A DNA stretch of 50,993 nt. Source: Candidatus Micrarchaeota archaeon (GTDB lineage Archaea > Micrarchaeota > Micrarchaeia > Anstonellales > JAGGXE01). Every line of letters begins with the position of its first letter. The first letter of the stretch is position 1. This document shows, in pieces, positions 27,121-36,371 of the stretch. Below the pieces are notes generated by a model that was not told the DNA's origin, did not search any database, and saw only the letters and a program-made list of their open reading frames with translations. The translations under genes were made by a program, and so were the position numbers. Location of the stretch: positions 1 to 50,993 of the forward strand of contig JAGGXE010000001.1 in assembly GCA_021163225.1 (NCBI GenBank), written 5' to 3'.

Positions 27121-27564
27121 CTATTTCCTTTTCTTAACACGGAGCACCTTATATGCTGAGTAGATGAATATAAGCATAATGAGTCCGCCTATAGAGTACG
27201 CTATTTTCGGGTCGATAAGATTGTACTTTCTTTCGGATTCTTCCTGTTTCTGTATTAATCGATCTACTACTATGTATTTCGTTTTCAACTCCGTTCCGTA
27301 AACAACCTTTATACTGTAATTTCCCGGTTTATCTATAGTTTGTTGGTAGGACCATTCCTTACCCATAAGGACCTTACGATAATCGTACTGTGTGCCGTTG
27401 TAGAAAAAGTATACTTCAACGTTTTTGAGTTTCTCATCTTCTGAATGAACGGTGTAGACAATCGTGTTCGGAGGCGAAGCAGTCAATTTTACATCCACAT
27501 CTATCCCGTATACGCTCAAAATAACTAAGGTAGATATCAAAAGCATTGCCAATATCCTTTTCAT
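27121..27564 (-). CDS. Small secreted/anchored protein (signal peptide plus C-terminal TM)
   Basis: 147 aa. It has an N-terminal hydrophobic leader MKRILAMLLISTLVILSVYG, a beta-rich middle, and a C-terminal helix YSIGGLIMLIFIYSAY followed by KVLRVKKRK. Confidence 0.55.
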   Translation of the reverse strand: MKRILAMLLISTLVILSVYGIDVDVKLTASPPNTIVYTVHSEDEKLKNVEVYFFYNGTQYDYRKVLMGKEWSYQQTIDKPGNYSIKVVYGTELKTKYIVVDRLIQKQEESERKYNLIDPKIAYSIGGLIMLIFIYSAYKVLRVKKRK

Positions 27565-27617
27565 GTTATGAAGAAAGTATAATAAGTATTAAATAATTTT
27601 CTGTACAACTCTCGATT

Positions 27618-28010
27618 ATGAAAAAACGTTTGATAGTGACTGCGAGAGATAGGATGGGTTTGATCGCGGACCTCTCTTATATCTTGGGGAGTGCCAAGAT
27701 CAACATAGAGGATATAAATGTTGTTAAGGTGGGTCAGAAGGTCATTATAGATATGTTGGTTTCCAACGAAGCTAAGGCAAGAAAGTTGTTGGAAGCCAAC
27801 GGTTACAATTTCATCCGTTCCGAATGTCTGTTGATAAAACTTAAGGATGAACCGGGCGCTCTGGCAGAGATAGCAAAACTGTTAGCGGATAACAAGGTCA
27901 AGATAGCCAGGATAAATGTTATTGAAAAGGGTGAAGGCGAGGCGGTATTGAGTTTGGAAGTTGACAAGATGAAAAAAGCACGTAAACTGCTGAAAGAGTG
28001 GGTCGTATGA
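27618..28010 (+). CDS. ACT-domain protein (tandem ACT)
   Basis: Two repeats of the pattern D(R/E)xGxxAxxxxxLxxxxxNI in 130 aa. Confidence 0.7.
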   Translation: MKKRLIVTARDRMGLIADLSYILGSAKINIEDINVVKVGQKVIIDMLVSNEAKARKLLEANGYNFIRSECLLIKLKDEPGALAEIAKLLADNKVKIARINVIEKGEGEAVLSLEVDKMKKARKLLKEWVV

Positions 28011-28417
28011 AGCATGTGATAATCCTTATACCTGAGGATAGGAAAGGCGTCATTGCCGATATATCCAAACGGTTGGGAAACGAAGGTATCAATATAGAAA
28101 GTGTCAGTGCTTCTGTTGTTGGCGGTCAGGGAATAATAATCATTACGGTTCGTGCGTCAGAATATAAGAAAACTTTGGGAATATTGAAAGAGGCTGGGTA
28201 TCACGTAATCACTGCGGACGTTCTCATGCTCGAACTTAGGGACGAGCCCGGTGTGTTGGCAGAGGTCTCTCAAACATTGTTCAACAATGACATTAACATC
28301 GAATCTATCCATCTGGTTACAAAATACGATGATAAAGCCATCTATGCCTTGAAGGTTGACCGTACTTCTGAAGCAAGACGGTTACTGGCGGATTATCTGT
28401 TGGATAACAAATTGTAG
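27998..28417 (+). CDS. ACT-domain protein (tandem ACT), paralog of the preceding gene
   Basis: EDRKGVIADISKRLGNEGINIE and RDEPGVLAEVSQTLFNNDINIE. It overlaps the upstream paralog by 13 nt. Confidence 0.7.
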   Translation: MGRMKHVIILIPEDRKGVIADISKRLGNEGINIESVSASVVGGQGIIIITVRASEYKKTLGILKEAGYHVITADVLMLELRDEPGVLAEVSQTLFNNDINIESIHLVTKYDDKAIYALKVDRTSEARRLLADYLLDNKL

Positions 28418-28466
28418 TGCGTCCTTTTTCATGTTCTGAATCGACCGTGTCGGAAGTGCAATCCTT

Positions 28467-29705
28467 ATGAAACCCTTTTTCGAAGTACTCCGAAAAGATG
28501 GAAACGCCCGCGCCGGACAACTGCATTTTATGCACGGTACTGTAGAGACACCCGCTTTTGCCCCTGTAGCCACACGCGGAGCAATAAAACTTTTGGATAT
28601 GGACGACTTGACAGGGATGGGTGCTCAGATCCTTATGGCAAATACTTATCATCTGAGTCTTAGGCCGGGATTTGAGAGGATCAGAAAATTCGGTGGTTTA
28701 CATAAATTTATCTCATGGGACCGGCCGATAATGACCGATTCCGGAGGGTTTCAGGCATTTTCTCTGGGTATCGGGTCTGTTTTAGGAAGAAGTAAGTTTG
28801 AGTATGACGACCCTGAACAGATATCTGCCATGGAAGGTTATCTTAATAAGCACGGGAGAAAATGTAGAGTAAAGATAACTGATGCCGGAGTGGTCTTCAA
28901 ATCCGTTTACGACGGAACGGTGCATGAGTTCACCCCTGAACGTTCGTTAGATATTCAAACCGCTCTCGGTTCTGATATGATGTTCGTACTTGACGAATGC
29001 ACTTATCCGTCAGCAGATTACGGTTATACGCAGGAAAGCATGAAACGTACCCATGAATGGGCTGTTCGCTCTTTGAGACATTCATTACGCATTCATAGGG
29101 GAACACATAGACCTGCAATATTCGGTATCGTTCAGGGCGGGCTCTACCGCGACCTCCGTGAAGAAAGTGCCAGGTTCATTTCTACTCTCGAGATCGACGG
29201 GCGGTCTTTTGACGGTATCGGGATCGGTGGCGCCTTCGGTAAAGGGCAGATGTACGACGTGTTGGATTGGATAGTTCCCATCCTTCCAGAGGATAAGCCT
29301 CGACATCTGTTGGGCATCGGTACCGTGGTGGATATATTTGAATCGGTTAAGCGCGGTATTGATCTGTTTGATTGCGTAGGTCCGCAAAGGATAGCTCGGG
29401 CAGGGTATTTCTATGTTTCGCCAGAGACGGGCGGCAATCCCGAGAACAAATTTAGGTTGAGAATCACTAACGCACAGTTTTCCGATGACCCGAGACCTTT
29501 AGACCCGTCCTGTAGTTGTCCTGTATGCAGACGTTACACCCGTGCGTACATTCACCATCTTTTCAAATTTGAACCTCTGGCAGGTATGAGACTTACAACA
29601 ATCCATAACCTCACATTTTTCATTCGTCTTATGGAGACGATCCGTAAATCGATAATCGACGGACGGTTTGAAAGATTATACGATAAATGGATAAAGGGGC
29701 GGTGA
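28467..29705 (+). CDS. tgt: tRNA-guanine transglycosylase, catalytic domain only, bacterial/queuine-like motifs
   Basis: TPAFAPVAT, MANTYHL, DSGGFQ, FGIVQGGLYRDLR, LLGIG, RGIDLFDCVGPQRIARAG and the zinc site CSCPVC..YTRAYIHHL. At 412 aa it has no PUA or C-terminal domains. Confidence 0.85.
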   Translation: MKPFFEVLRKDGNARAGQLHFMHGTVETPAFAPVATRGAIKLLDMDDLTGMGAQILMANTYHLSLRPGFERIRKFGGLHKFISWDRPIMTDSGGFQAFSLGIGSVLGRSKFEYDDPEQISAMEGYLNKHGRKCRVKITDAGVVFKSVYDGTVHEFTPERSLDIQTALGSDMMFVLDECTYPSADYGYTQESMKRTHEWAVRSLRHSLRIHRGTHRPAIFGIVQGGLYRDLREESARFISTLEIDGRSFDGIGIGGAFGKGQMYDVLDWIVPILPEDKPRHLLGIGTVVDIFESVKRGIDLFDCVGPQRIARAGYFYVSPETGGNPENKFRLRITNAQFSDDPRPLDPSCSCPVCRRYTRAYIHHLFKFEPLAGMRLTTIHNLTFFIRLMETIRKSIIDGRFERLYDKWIKGR

Positions 29706-29762
29706 TACGGAAACGGTTTTAAACATAGGATTTCATATATACCCACAATCAGGTGTTTTCTG

Positions 29763-30740
29763 ATGAAAACGGTCAGACAGAAGAGAAATCAGTTCCAAAA
29801 ATCCGTTCAAAACGGTAAAGTGAGAAATAAGAGACCGTATCAGAGGTCTTACAGGAGAATCAGCGTGCCTCTTGTCGAAGACATCAGGGACCCGAAGTTG
29901 TTGAGGTTTGATGCGCATGTGCATACGACCGTGTCGGACGGATTGTTAAGACCTAAGGACATTCCTAAGATACTCAACTATCCGAGAAACCATCTCGATT
30001 ACATTGCAGTTACCGACCATGAATGTGCCGCATACTACGATGATGTAAACATCATCAACGGTATCGAAGTGGTTGCACGGTTCGCTGATAGAAAAAGGAG
30101 GTATTACATCCATCTCACAGGACTCGGAATACAGAAGAAGGATATCCAGGGTTACATAAAATTCTATGATCATAAACGGAACGAGTTCTACCATGAGGTG
30201 ATAGACCATTTGAGGTACAAGATATACATCGATGAAATGGATTTCAAGAGTTTGAATAGATTGACTCTACCACAGGGGATATGGAAGATCGCCGAGTTCA
30301 TCGTGAAGGGTTTACCCGAATCGGTTCAGCGGTTTTCAATCGAAAGAGTACATAACAGCATACTGAGTAGGTTTGAGGATCAATTCTACGGGGCGGTTTG
30401 GCCGGTTGAGGATTTTGTTCATGTTATCCATCTCTCCGGCGGTAAGGTAATGTTTGCTCATCCCGGTGTTTACAATTTTGCGGGGTACGATGCAAAACGT
30501 GTTGCCAACATATTGTTCGATATGGGTGTTGACGGCATTGAAATCGCGCATCCCGATTATTCGGTTAAAGATGTAATATACTATGCAAGTATCGCAAAGA
30601 AGAGGAAGAGGTTAATCGTTATGGGTAGTGATTTTCACGGCTCTGCTTCTCCCAGGATGAACCTGTATCGCGAATACACTGCCAGGTTGTCGGACATGGT
30701 TCATTTAATACGCTCCGCTCTGAAGCATGTAAAATCATAA
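29763..30740 (+). CDS. PHP-domain metal-dependent phosphoesterase
   Basis: FDAHVHTTVSDG, AVTDHE, FAHPG and GSDFHG motifs, with a basic N-terminal extension. Confidence 0.75.
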   Translation: MKTVRQKRNQFQKSVQNGKVRNKRPYQRSYRRISVPLVEDIRDPKLLRFDAHVHTTVSDGLLRPKDIPKILNYPRNHLDYIAVTDHECAAYYDDVNIINGIEVVARFADRKRRYYIHLTGLGIQKKDIQGYIKFYDHKRNEFYHEVIDHLRYKIYIDEMDFKSLNRLTLPQGIWKIAEFIVKGLPESVQRFSIERVHNSILSRFEDQFYGAVWPVEDFVHVIHLSGGKVMFAHPGVYNFAGYDAKRVANILFDMGVDGIEIAHPDYSVKDVIYYASIAKKRKRLIVMGSDFHGSASPRMNLYREYTARLSDMVHLIRSALKHVKS

Positions 30741-30744
30741 AGAT

Positions 30745-31056
30745 TCAAACATCGTGAAGAACATCCAGACCTCTTTTTATGTAATCTTCACAGAACTGTC
30801 GAACATTCGGTGCTACAGAATATTCCCTGTAATTTTTTATCGGTAACCAAAACATGTCTCTAAACCGTTCTGGTTCCTTTATCTTTGGCATTTGTCCGCT
30901 TTCAAGCTTTGCTAAGAACATATGACTCCTGAAATCCTTACCTTCTATGCGAAAATCTTTATACCCGAGATACTTGATCAGTTTAACATCACAACCGATC
31001 TCTTCTTTTGTTTCTCTTATCGCTTCTGGTTGAAAGGTAACGGTTGGAGTTAGGGG
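30745..31056 (-). pseudogene. N-terminally truncated Nudix hydrolase remnant
   Basis: An open frame of 103 codons runs from an upstream stop (31057-31059) to the stop at 30745-30747. It reads PLTPTVTFQPEAIRETKEEIGCDV..., which is only the distal half of a Nudix box (REtkEEiG). No start codon occurs before residue about 46, so it is absent from the ORF track. Confidence 0.5.
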
Positions 31057-31074
31057 TCACCGACCCTTTTTTTT
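31053..31074 (+). terminator. GC hairpin followed by T8 (intrinsic-terminator-like)
   Basis: GGGTC-ACC-GACCC stem-loop (31054-31066), directly followed by TTTTTTTT (31067-31074). Confidence 0.45.
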
Positions 31075-31212
31075 GATTAAATTTGTGATCTGTGAGTTTT
31101 TCCGATTGTTTTATAAACATTTCTGTACATCAAACATCTTGAGCTGGTTATCCCGACCGCCGTCCCGACCGGTTTCGGGGAGGACTGCTCAAAAAAGCAG
31201 GAGGGATGGATA

Positions 31213-31851
31213 ATGGCGGTGTTTACTAAGGAAAGTATACGGAAAGCTATCGAGAAGGCGCTGGAAGACAAGGGTAAGCGCAAATTCAAACAGAGTGTTG
31301 AGTTTATCATAAACTTCCGAGGTATCGATTTTAAGAAACCGGAGAACCGATTAAACCTTTCTATAGTCCTGCCTCACGAACCGCCTAAAAAAAGAAAGAT
31401 AGCCGTCTTTGCAGAGGGTCAGACAGCGTTTGACGCTAAGAAGGCGGGGTTCACGGTGTTCGAACCCCAGGATATTGAAGAACTCAGTAAAGATAAAAAA
31501 AGGCTTAAATCTTTGGCTAAGGAATACGAATTCATTGCAGAACCAAAACTGATGGTTCAGGTCGGTAAATCTTTGGGTCAGGTGTTAGGTCCTCGCGGTA
31601 AACTACCGCGTCCGATAGTCGGAAGTTTGGAGGCTACTGCTAAACAGGTGAACAGTTCTGTTAGGATCATGACGAAAGGTAAATATCTGCCTGTTGTCCA
31701 ATGCGCGATAGGCACCGAGGACATGTCACCGAACGACCTTGCAGATAATGCGGAGGCAGTGTACGAGAAAATCCGTGCTAAAGTAGGTGATCAGTATATA
31801 AAGTCCTTATACGTAAAACTTACCATGGGCAAAGCTGTAAAGGTTGAATGA
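31213..31851 (+). CDS. rpl1: 50S ribosomal protein L1
   Basis: A 212-aa sequence with a pattern typical of uL1 (FKQSVEFIINFRGIDFKKPENRL, MTKGKYLPVVQCAIG), followed by P0 and P1 in the conserved order. Confidence 0.9.
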   Translation: MAVFTKESIRKAIEKALEDKGKRKFKQSVEFIINFRGIDFKKPENRLNLSIVLPHEPPKKRKIAVFAEGQTAFDAKKAGFTVFEPQDIEELSKDKKRLKSLAKEYEFIAEPKLMVQVGKSLGQVLGPRGKLPRPIVGSLEATAKQVNSSVRIMTKGKYLPVVQCAIGTEDMSPNDLADNAEAVYEKIRAKVGDQYIKSLYVKLTMGKAVKVE

Positions 31852-32698
31852 GGTGTTTATGATGAGACCTGCTGTACAGAAGAAGGCCCGAGAGGTTGAA
31901 CAGTTATATTCAATGATTAAGGATGCAAAGGTTGTAGGTTTGATCAGGTTGAAAAAACTTCCTGATCGCATCCTCCAAGATGTCCGAAACAAACTTCGTG
32001 GTAAGGTTGGGTTCAGAGTTGCGAAGAAAGCGGTGATCCAACGCGCCCTTGAAAAGGCCGCTCGCGGGTCTGCATTACTCGAACATCTGGACGAACCGGT
32101 TTGTCTGTTCTGGACTTCCGAGATGACGCCGTACCAGTTATTTATGTTTTTAAAGAGGAATAAAGGTGTGGCGGCAGCCAAACCCGGTCAGATCGCTCCT
32201 TTTGACATCGTTGTGCCTGCCGGTGAGACAGACCTTCCTCCCGGACCTGCGCTTACAGAGCTGAAGATGGCAAAGATCAATGCACAGGTCAGAGGGGGTA
32301 AGATAGTCGTGGCCAAGGATTCTGTGGTTGCTAAAGCAGGTGAACGGATTACTGGTCCTGTAGCGAGTGCTTTACAAAAACTTAAGATATACCCGTTCGA
32401 GATAGGTGCAGAATTGATCGTTGCTCAGGAAGATGGAGTTGTTTATCTTCCAGAAGTGTTGGATGTGGAACCAGAAGACCTAGTGAAAGAGTTCCAGAGA
32501 ATGGTCGATGAATCGTTTGCCTTGTCTATCAATGCTAACATTCCTACTCCTGCGAACATAGATTATCTTATCAGCAAATCTTTCACCGATGCGGTTTCAT
32601 TAGCCTACAATGCAAACGTTTATTCTACATTGAGTATCGAACGTTTAATCAGTGAAGCATACGCGCAATCTCAGTCGTTAGAACGTATCACTAAATAG
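31844..32698 (+). CDS. rplP0: 50S ribosomal protein L10 / acidic ribosomal protein P0
   Basis: Conserved position between L1 and P1, and an N-terminus resembling uL10 ([41 protein letters not shown]). The start may be the MMRP Met pair at 31859. Confidence 0.88.
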   Translation: MNEVFMMRPAVQKKAREVEQLYSMIKDAKVVGLIRLKKLPDRILQDVRNKLRGKVGFRVAKKAVIQRALEKAARGSALLEHLDEPVCLFWTSEMTPYQLFMFLKRNKGVAAAKPGQIAPFDIVVPAGETDLPPGPALTELKMAKINAQVRGGKIVVAKDSVVAKAGERITGPVASALQKLKIYPFEIGAELIVAQEDGVVYLPEVLDVEPEDLVKEFQRMVDESFALSINANIPTPANIDYLISKSFTDAVSLAYNANVYSTLSIERLISEAYAQSQSLERITK

Positions 32699-32730
32699 TC
32701 ATGCTAATAATGTTTAAGGAGGTTGATAAA

Positions 32731-33048
32731 ATGGTGAATGTAGACCCGTATCTGCATGCAGTCCTTCTCTTGAAAGGGGCTGATAAAGAGATAAACGAGG
32801 AGAACTTGACCGCAGTAGTTAAAGCTGCCGGTATCGAACCGGATACTGCACGTGTCAAGGTGTTAGTAGAGGCAGTGAAAGACGTGAATTGGGATGAAGC
32901 GCTCAAGATGCCTACTGTGGCAGCGGCTCCGGTAGCAGCGTCAGCAGGCGGACAGGAGGCTCCTAAAGAGGAGAAGAAAGAGGAGGAAAAGAAGGAAGAA
33001 AAGTCAGAGGAAGAGGCTGCTGCAGGTTTGGCAGGATTGTTCGGTTAA
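32731..33048 (+). CDS. rpl12: 50S ribosomal protein L12 / P1 stalk protein
   Basis: [35 protein letters not shown], an Ala-rich hinge, a K/E-rich tail and the terminal GLAGLFG. The start is placed at the ATG at 32731, after AAGGAGG. Confidence 0.9.
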   Translation: MVNVDPYLHAVLLLKGADKEINEENLTAVVKAAGIEPDTARVKVLVEAVKDVNWDEALKMPTVAAAPVAASAGGQEAPKEEKKEEEKKEEKSEEEAAAGLAGLFG

Positions 33049-33099
33049 AACCGCCTCTTTACACAGCATATCTTTCTTTTTCTTTTATGGTTTGTTTTA

Positions 33100-34578
33100 G
33101 TGTGGAACAGTTTGCAGAAACAGGTAGGGCTTGAAATGATAAGATTGAATAAACATTTGGTTGCTGGAGGTTTGGTTATTCTTTCCTTCCTGTTATTTGT
33201 CTACATCTATCTTGCCCCTATCGAACACGCAGTACTGAAATTCCTTTTCGCTGTGGTGGTGCTGGGTTTAACAGGGTACACATTGCAAAGGTTGTACGAC
33301 CTGTCCGGTGGTTACGGATTGATACTGCTAAAAACCAGGAAAGGGTTGGATCTGATAGATAAACTTGCCAATTCGAACAGGGACGTTTGGACGATGTTTG
33401 CCGACATCGGTCTGGTTTGGGGTTTCGGTCTTTCGGGTGCTTATCTGTTGCATAAACGGTTAATGTTAAAGAAAAATAAACATCTTTACAGACGGTTTTA
33501 TACTGCTGTTTTTGTAGGGTTAGGATTGCTTTTATTGACTGCGGTTATGATCGCACCTGTTGTCTACGGGTTGGCGGTATCTATCGTTACCGGAATAAAC
33601 ATTGGTAAGGCAACTCAAACGATGGCAGGATTACGTACTCCCTGGTACAGGATGCTCAGTATGGCGGCCTTGATATCTGGCGGGTATACGGGTCTTCTAT
33701 TCCTTGGGTTGATAGTATATTCTGGTTTGGTCGTCTCCAACGTTGTTAATGTGCTGATCTTCGGTGCTACACCCATAGAACCGAGCGGTACACTCCTTCT
33801 ACCAGGGATAAATCTTCCTCTGTGGGAAGGGTTAATTGCGCTTGTAATACTTTTGATAGTGCATGAATCCGCTCACGGTATCCTTTCCCGTATTGCTAAG
33901 GTACGCATCGATTCTGCAGGCATAGCTCTGTTCGGGTTCATTCCTGTGGGAGCGTTTGTTGATCCTGATGAAAAGATGTTGTTCAAGAAACCTGTGTTAG
34001 ACCAGATACGCGTGATGATTGCCGGTTCAACAGCCAACCTGTTCACGATGCTTATTTCGTTCATTATGTTGATCATTTTCTTATTTTTGACGCAACCTTA
34101 TCGGGAAGAGGGTGTATTCGTGATCAGCGGGCAAGGAATACCTCCGGGTACACGGATAATGTCTCTGGAGTACGGGTCGCAAAAAATCGATCTCTACAAT
34201 TATTACATTGAGCACGGAACGTTTTCGGGATTGGTTCCCCCTAACGAAACCGTTAAACTTATTACTGATAAAGGAGTCTACAGTATTACTTCCGACGACT
34301 CCGGAAGATTGGGGTTAAACCTGAACATCGTTAGCAGCACAGGTGTATTGGCAAGGTATACTAAGGACTACGGATGGTTGGAGTTTATCTATCGTGTGTT
34401 AGGACTTTCAGTAGTTTTAAACTTCATGGTAGGCATAGTAAATCTTCTACCTTTACCCGGGTTTGACGGATACCGAATATTGGAACTGAACATCAAAAAT
34501 AAATCGGTTGTCAAGATGATTAGCTATTTGGTGTTGGCGTGTTTTCTGTTAAATTTCTTACCTTGGTTGTTTAAATGA
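33100..34578 (+). CDS. Site-2 protease family (M50) intramembrane metalloprotease
   Basis: HESAHG (HExxH) inside a TM helix, NLLPLPGFDG in a distal TM, and multiple TM segments. Confidence 0.85.
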   Translation: MWNSLQKQVGLEMIRLNKHLVAGGLVILSFLLFVYIYLAPIEHAVLKFLFAVVVLGLTGYTLQRLYDLSGGYGLILLKTRKGLDLIDKLANSNRDVWTMFADIGLVWGFGLSGAYLLHKRLMLKKNKHLYRRFYTAVFVGLGLLLLTAVMIAPVVYGLAVSIVTGINIGKATQTMAGLRTPWYRMLSMAALISGGYTGLLFLGLIVYSGLVVSNVVNVLIFGATPIEPSGTLLLPGINLPLWEGLIALVILLIVHESAHGILSRIAKVRIDSAGIALFGFIPVGAFVDPDEKMLFKKPVLDQIRVMIAGSTANLFTMLISFIMLIIFLFLTQPYREEGVFVISGQGIPPGTRIMSLEYGSQKIDLYNYYIEHGTFSGLVPPNETVKLITDKGVYSITSDDSGRLGLNLNIVSSTGVLARYTKDYGWLEFIYRVLGLSVVLNFMVGIVNLLPLPGFDGYRILELNIKNKSVVKMISYLVLACFLLNFLPWLFK

Positions 34579-34593
34579 AGAAGAGGTGAGTCC

Positions 34594-35553
34594 ATGGTAG
34601 AAGTAGAATCGGATAAAGAGAAAGTTTACGATGTAATCATTATCGGAGGCGGTCCGGCAGGTATTAATGCGGGAATATATGCAGTCCGACGTAATCTGAA
34701 GACGTTGATAATAGAATCTCAGATGATGGGTGGCACCGTTAACATTACATCGACAATTGAGAACTATCTCGGATTTCCGAGCATCTCTGGACCCGAACTT
34801 GTAAACAGGTTTGTTGAACATTTGAACAGTGTGAACGTACCTTATGTCATATCGCGTGTTCTTCGTGCAGAGAAACAGGGTGACATCTTTATCGTTCGGA
34901 CCCATGACGATCGCGTATTTAAATCTAAAACGATCATTCTTGCTACCGGAAGCAGGCACAAGGCGTTGAACGTGCCAGGCGAAGACGAGTTCACCGGTCG
35001 CGGAGTATCCTATTGTACAACGTGCGATGCACCTCTGTACCGTGGTAAAACTGTCGGTGTGGTTGGCGGAGGTGACTCGGCGTTCCGTGCTGCAGAGTTA
35101 CTGTCCGGCATTGCCAGTAAAGTGTATCTAATACATAGACGCGAGGGATTTAGGGCCGAAGATGTGCTCGTGGAAAGGGTTAAACGAATGCCCAACGTTG
35201 AATTTAAACTTAATAAAGTGGTCACTGAAATCATCGGCGATGAAGTAATGAGAAAAGTTAAACTGAAGGATACGAAGACGGGTGAGGAAAGTTATCTTGA
35301 GCTTGACGGTCTGTTTATAAACATCGGTGAAGTGCCTTCCCATAAGATTGCTACCGACCTTGGTGCAGAGGTTGATGAGCGTAACTATGTGAAGGTAGAC
35401 AGAAAAACGATGGCTACAACTGTTGACGGGTTGTACGCGGCAGGGGATGTAACAGGTACTCTTGCCCAGATCATCGTAGCAGCTGCAGAAGGAGCAATTG
35501 CCGCAATATCTGCTTATAAATACGTGAAAGAACTCGGTACAAAGAAAAAATGA
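34594..35553 (+). CDS. trxB: Thioredoxin-disulfide reductase
   Basis: YDVIIIGGGPAG, redox-active CTTCDA, and a second dinucleotide fold VGVVGGGDSA, in 319 aa. Confidence 0.88.
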   Translation: MVEVESDKEKVYDVIIIGGGPAGINAGIYAVRRNLKTLIIESQMMGGTVNITSTIENYLGFPSISGPELVNRFVEHLNSVNVPYVISRVLRAEKQGDIFIVRTHDDRVFKSKTIILATGSRHKALNVPGEDEFTGRGVSYCTTCDAPLYRGKTVGVVGGGDSAFRAAELLSGIASKVYLIHRREGFRAEDVLVERVKRMPNVEFKLNKVVTEIIGDEVMRKVKLKDTKTGEESYLELDGLFINIGEVPSHKIATDLGAEVDERNYVKVDRKTMATTVDGLYAAGDVTGTLAQIIVAAAEGAIAAISAYKYVKELGTKKK

Positions 35554-35583
35554 AACAGATAACGTAAAATAGTTGGTTTAAAT

Positions 35584-35611
35584 TCGCCATTTTAAACTCG
35601 CCATTTTAAAC
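35584..35611. repeat. Perfect tandem duplication of a 14-nt unit (TCGCCATTTTAAAC x2)
   Basis: Copies at 35584-35597 and 35598-35611, in the convergent 3' intergenic gap between trxB and sec61-beta. Confidence 0.9.
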
Positions 35612-35617
35612 GACGGG

Positions 35618-35788
35618 CTAAACGGCAGGCATCGTATGTTTGAGTATCATTATAACTATTATCAAAGCGATAGTGCCGTACACAACCGCCTTTGGAGAAA
35701 TCCTTATACCTCCGATGTTGGTTCTGCCGGGACTGAATATGCCCGCCATGCCCGAAGGTGTCTGATATCCTACCCTGCGTATTGCCAT
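35618..35788 (-). CDS. secG: Preprotein translocase subunit Sec61-beta (SecG, archaeal)
   Basis: The C-terminal 56 aa of the 122-aa track ORF read MAIRRVGYQTPSGMAGIFSPGRTNIGGIRISPKAVVYGTIALIIVIMILKHT. This matches the short tail-anchored Sec61-beta pattern. The start is placed at the ATG at 35788. Confidence 0.7.
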   Translation of the reverse strand: MAIRRVGYQTPSGMAGIFSPGRTNIGGIRISPKAVVYGTIALIIVIMILKHTMPAV

Positions 35789-35948
35789 GGGTAATTCTTC
35801 GGTTCTCAAGTTTATAAACCTTTTGCTGATCGGCTTTGTAGATGCGATGAGAATTTGAGACCGGTCATCGAACCGGTGCAACAGGTTGTTTTTTGGGCAT
35901 CTTCTCGAAACGACAGATTTATAAATAATCATCTTCACAATTAAGACG

Positions 35949-36365
35949 ATGAACGTCAGTAAGGAATATCTCCAGCTTTTGAACAACGTTTATTCAGAAC
36001 TGCCCGAGAAAGCGGTTAGTGATGAGAGGTTCAGATTGCCAGAGATAGAGATCATGCATCAAGGGAGCAAAACGATCATCCGTAACTTCAACACTTTTCT
36101 TACAGCGGTCCGTAGACCTGCAGAGATGGTAATGAAATTTTTATCGAGAGAACTGGCGGTCCCGGTTAACGTTGAGGGTGGGATGCTGATCATTCAGGGT
36201 AACATACCTGACCGTCTGTTGAGAAATAAGATAGAACTTTTTGTGAAGATGTACGTTATATGTAGTGTTTGCGGAAAACCGGATACGCATATCGTAGAGG
36301 TTGAAAAAGGAGTGCATATGCTTGTCTGCGAAGCCTGCGGTGCGCGTACACCGATACGAAAATAG
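35949..36365 (+). CDS. eif2b: Translation initiation factor aIF2 beta subunit
   Basis: YLQLLNNVYSELPE..RFRLPEIE..GSKTIIRNF and a C-terminal zinc ribbon CSVCGKPDT..CEACGA, in 138 aa. Confidence 0.9.
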   Translation: MNVSKEYLQLLNNVYSELPEKAVSDERFRLPEIEIMHQGSKTIIRNFNTFLTAVRRPAEMVMKFLSRELAVPVNVEGGMLIIQGNIPDRLLRNKIELFVKMYVICSVCGKPDTHIVEVEKGVHMLVCEACGARTPIRK

Positions 36366-36371
36366 TGAGGG

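Noticed and set aside
35584-35611. A CRISPR-like repeat.
   Set aside because: There are only two 14-nt units, directly abutting with no spacer. No CRISPR array or cas genes appear anywhere in the window.
35789-35986. An N-terminal 66-aa extension of the Sec61-beta ORF, giving the 122-aa track ORF.
   Set aside because: The extension overlaps the aIF2-beta start region on the other strand and has no resemblance to Sec61-beta. The internal Met gives the expected tail-anchored protein of about 56 aa.
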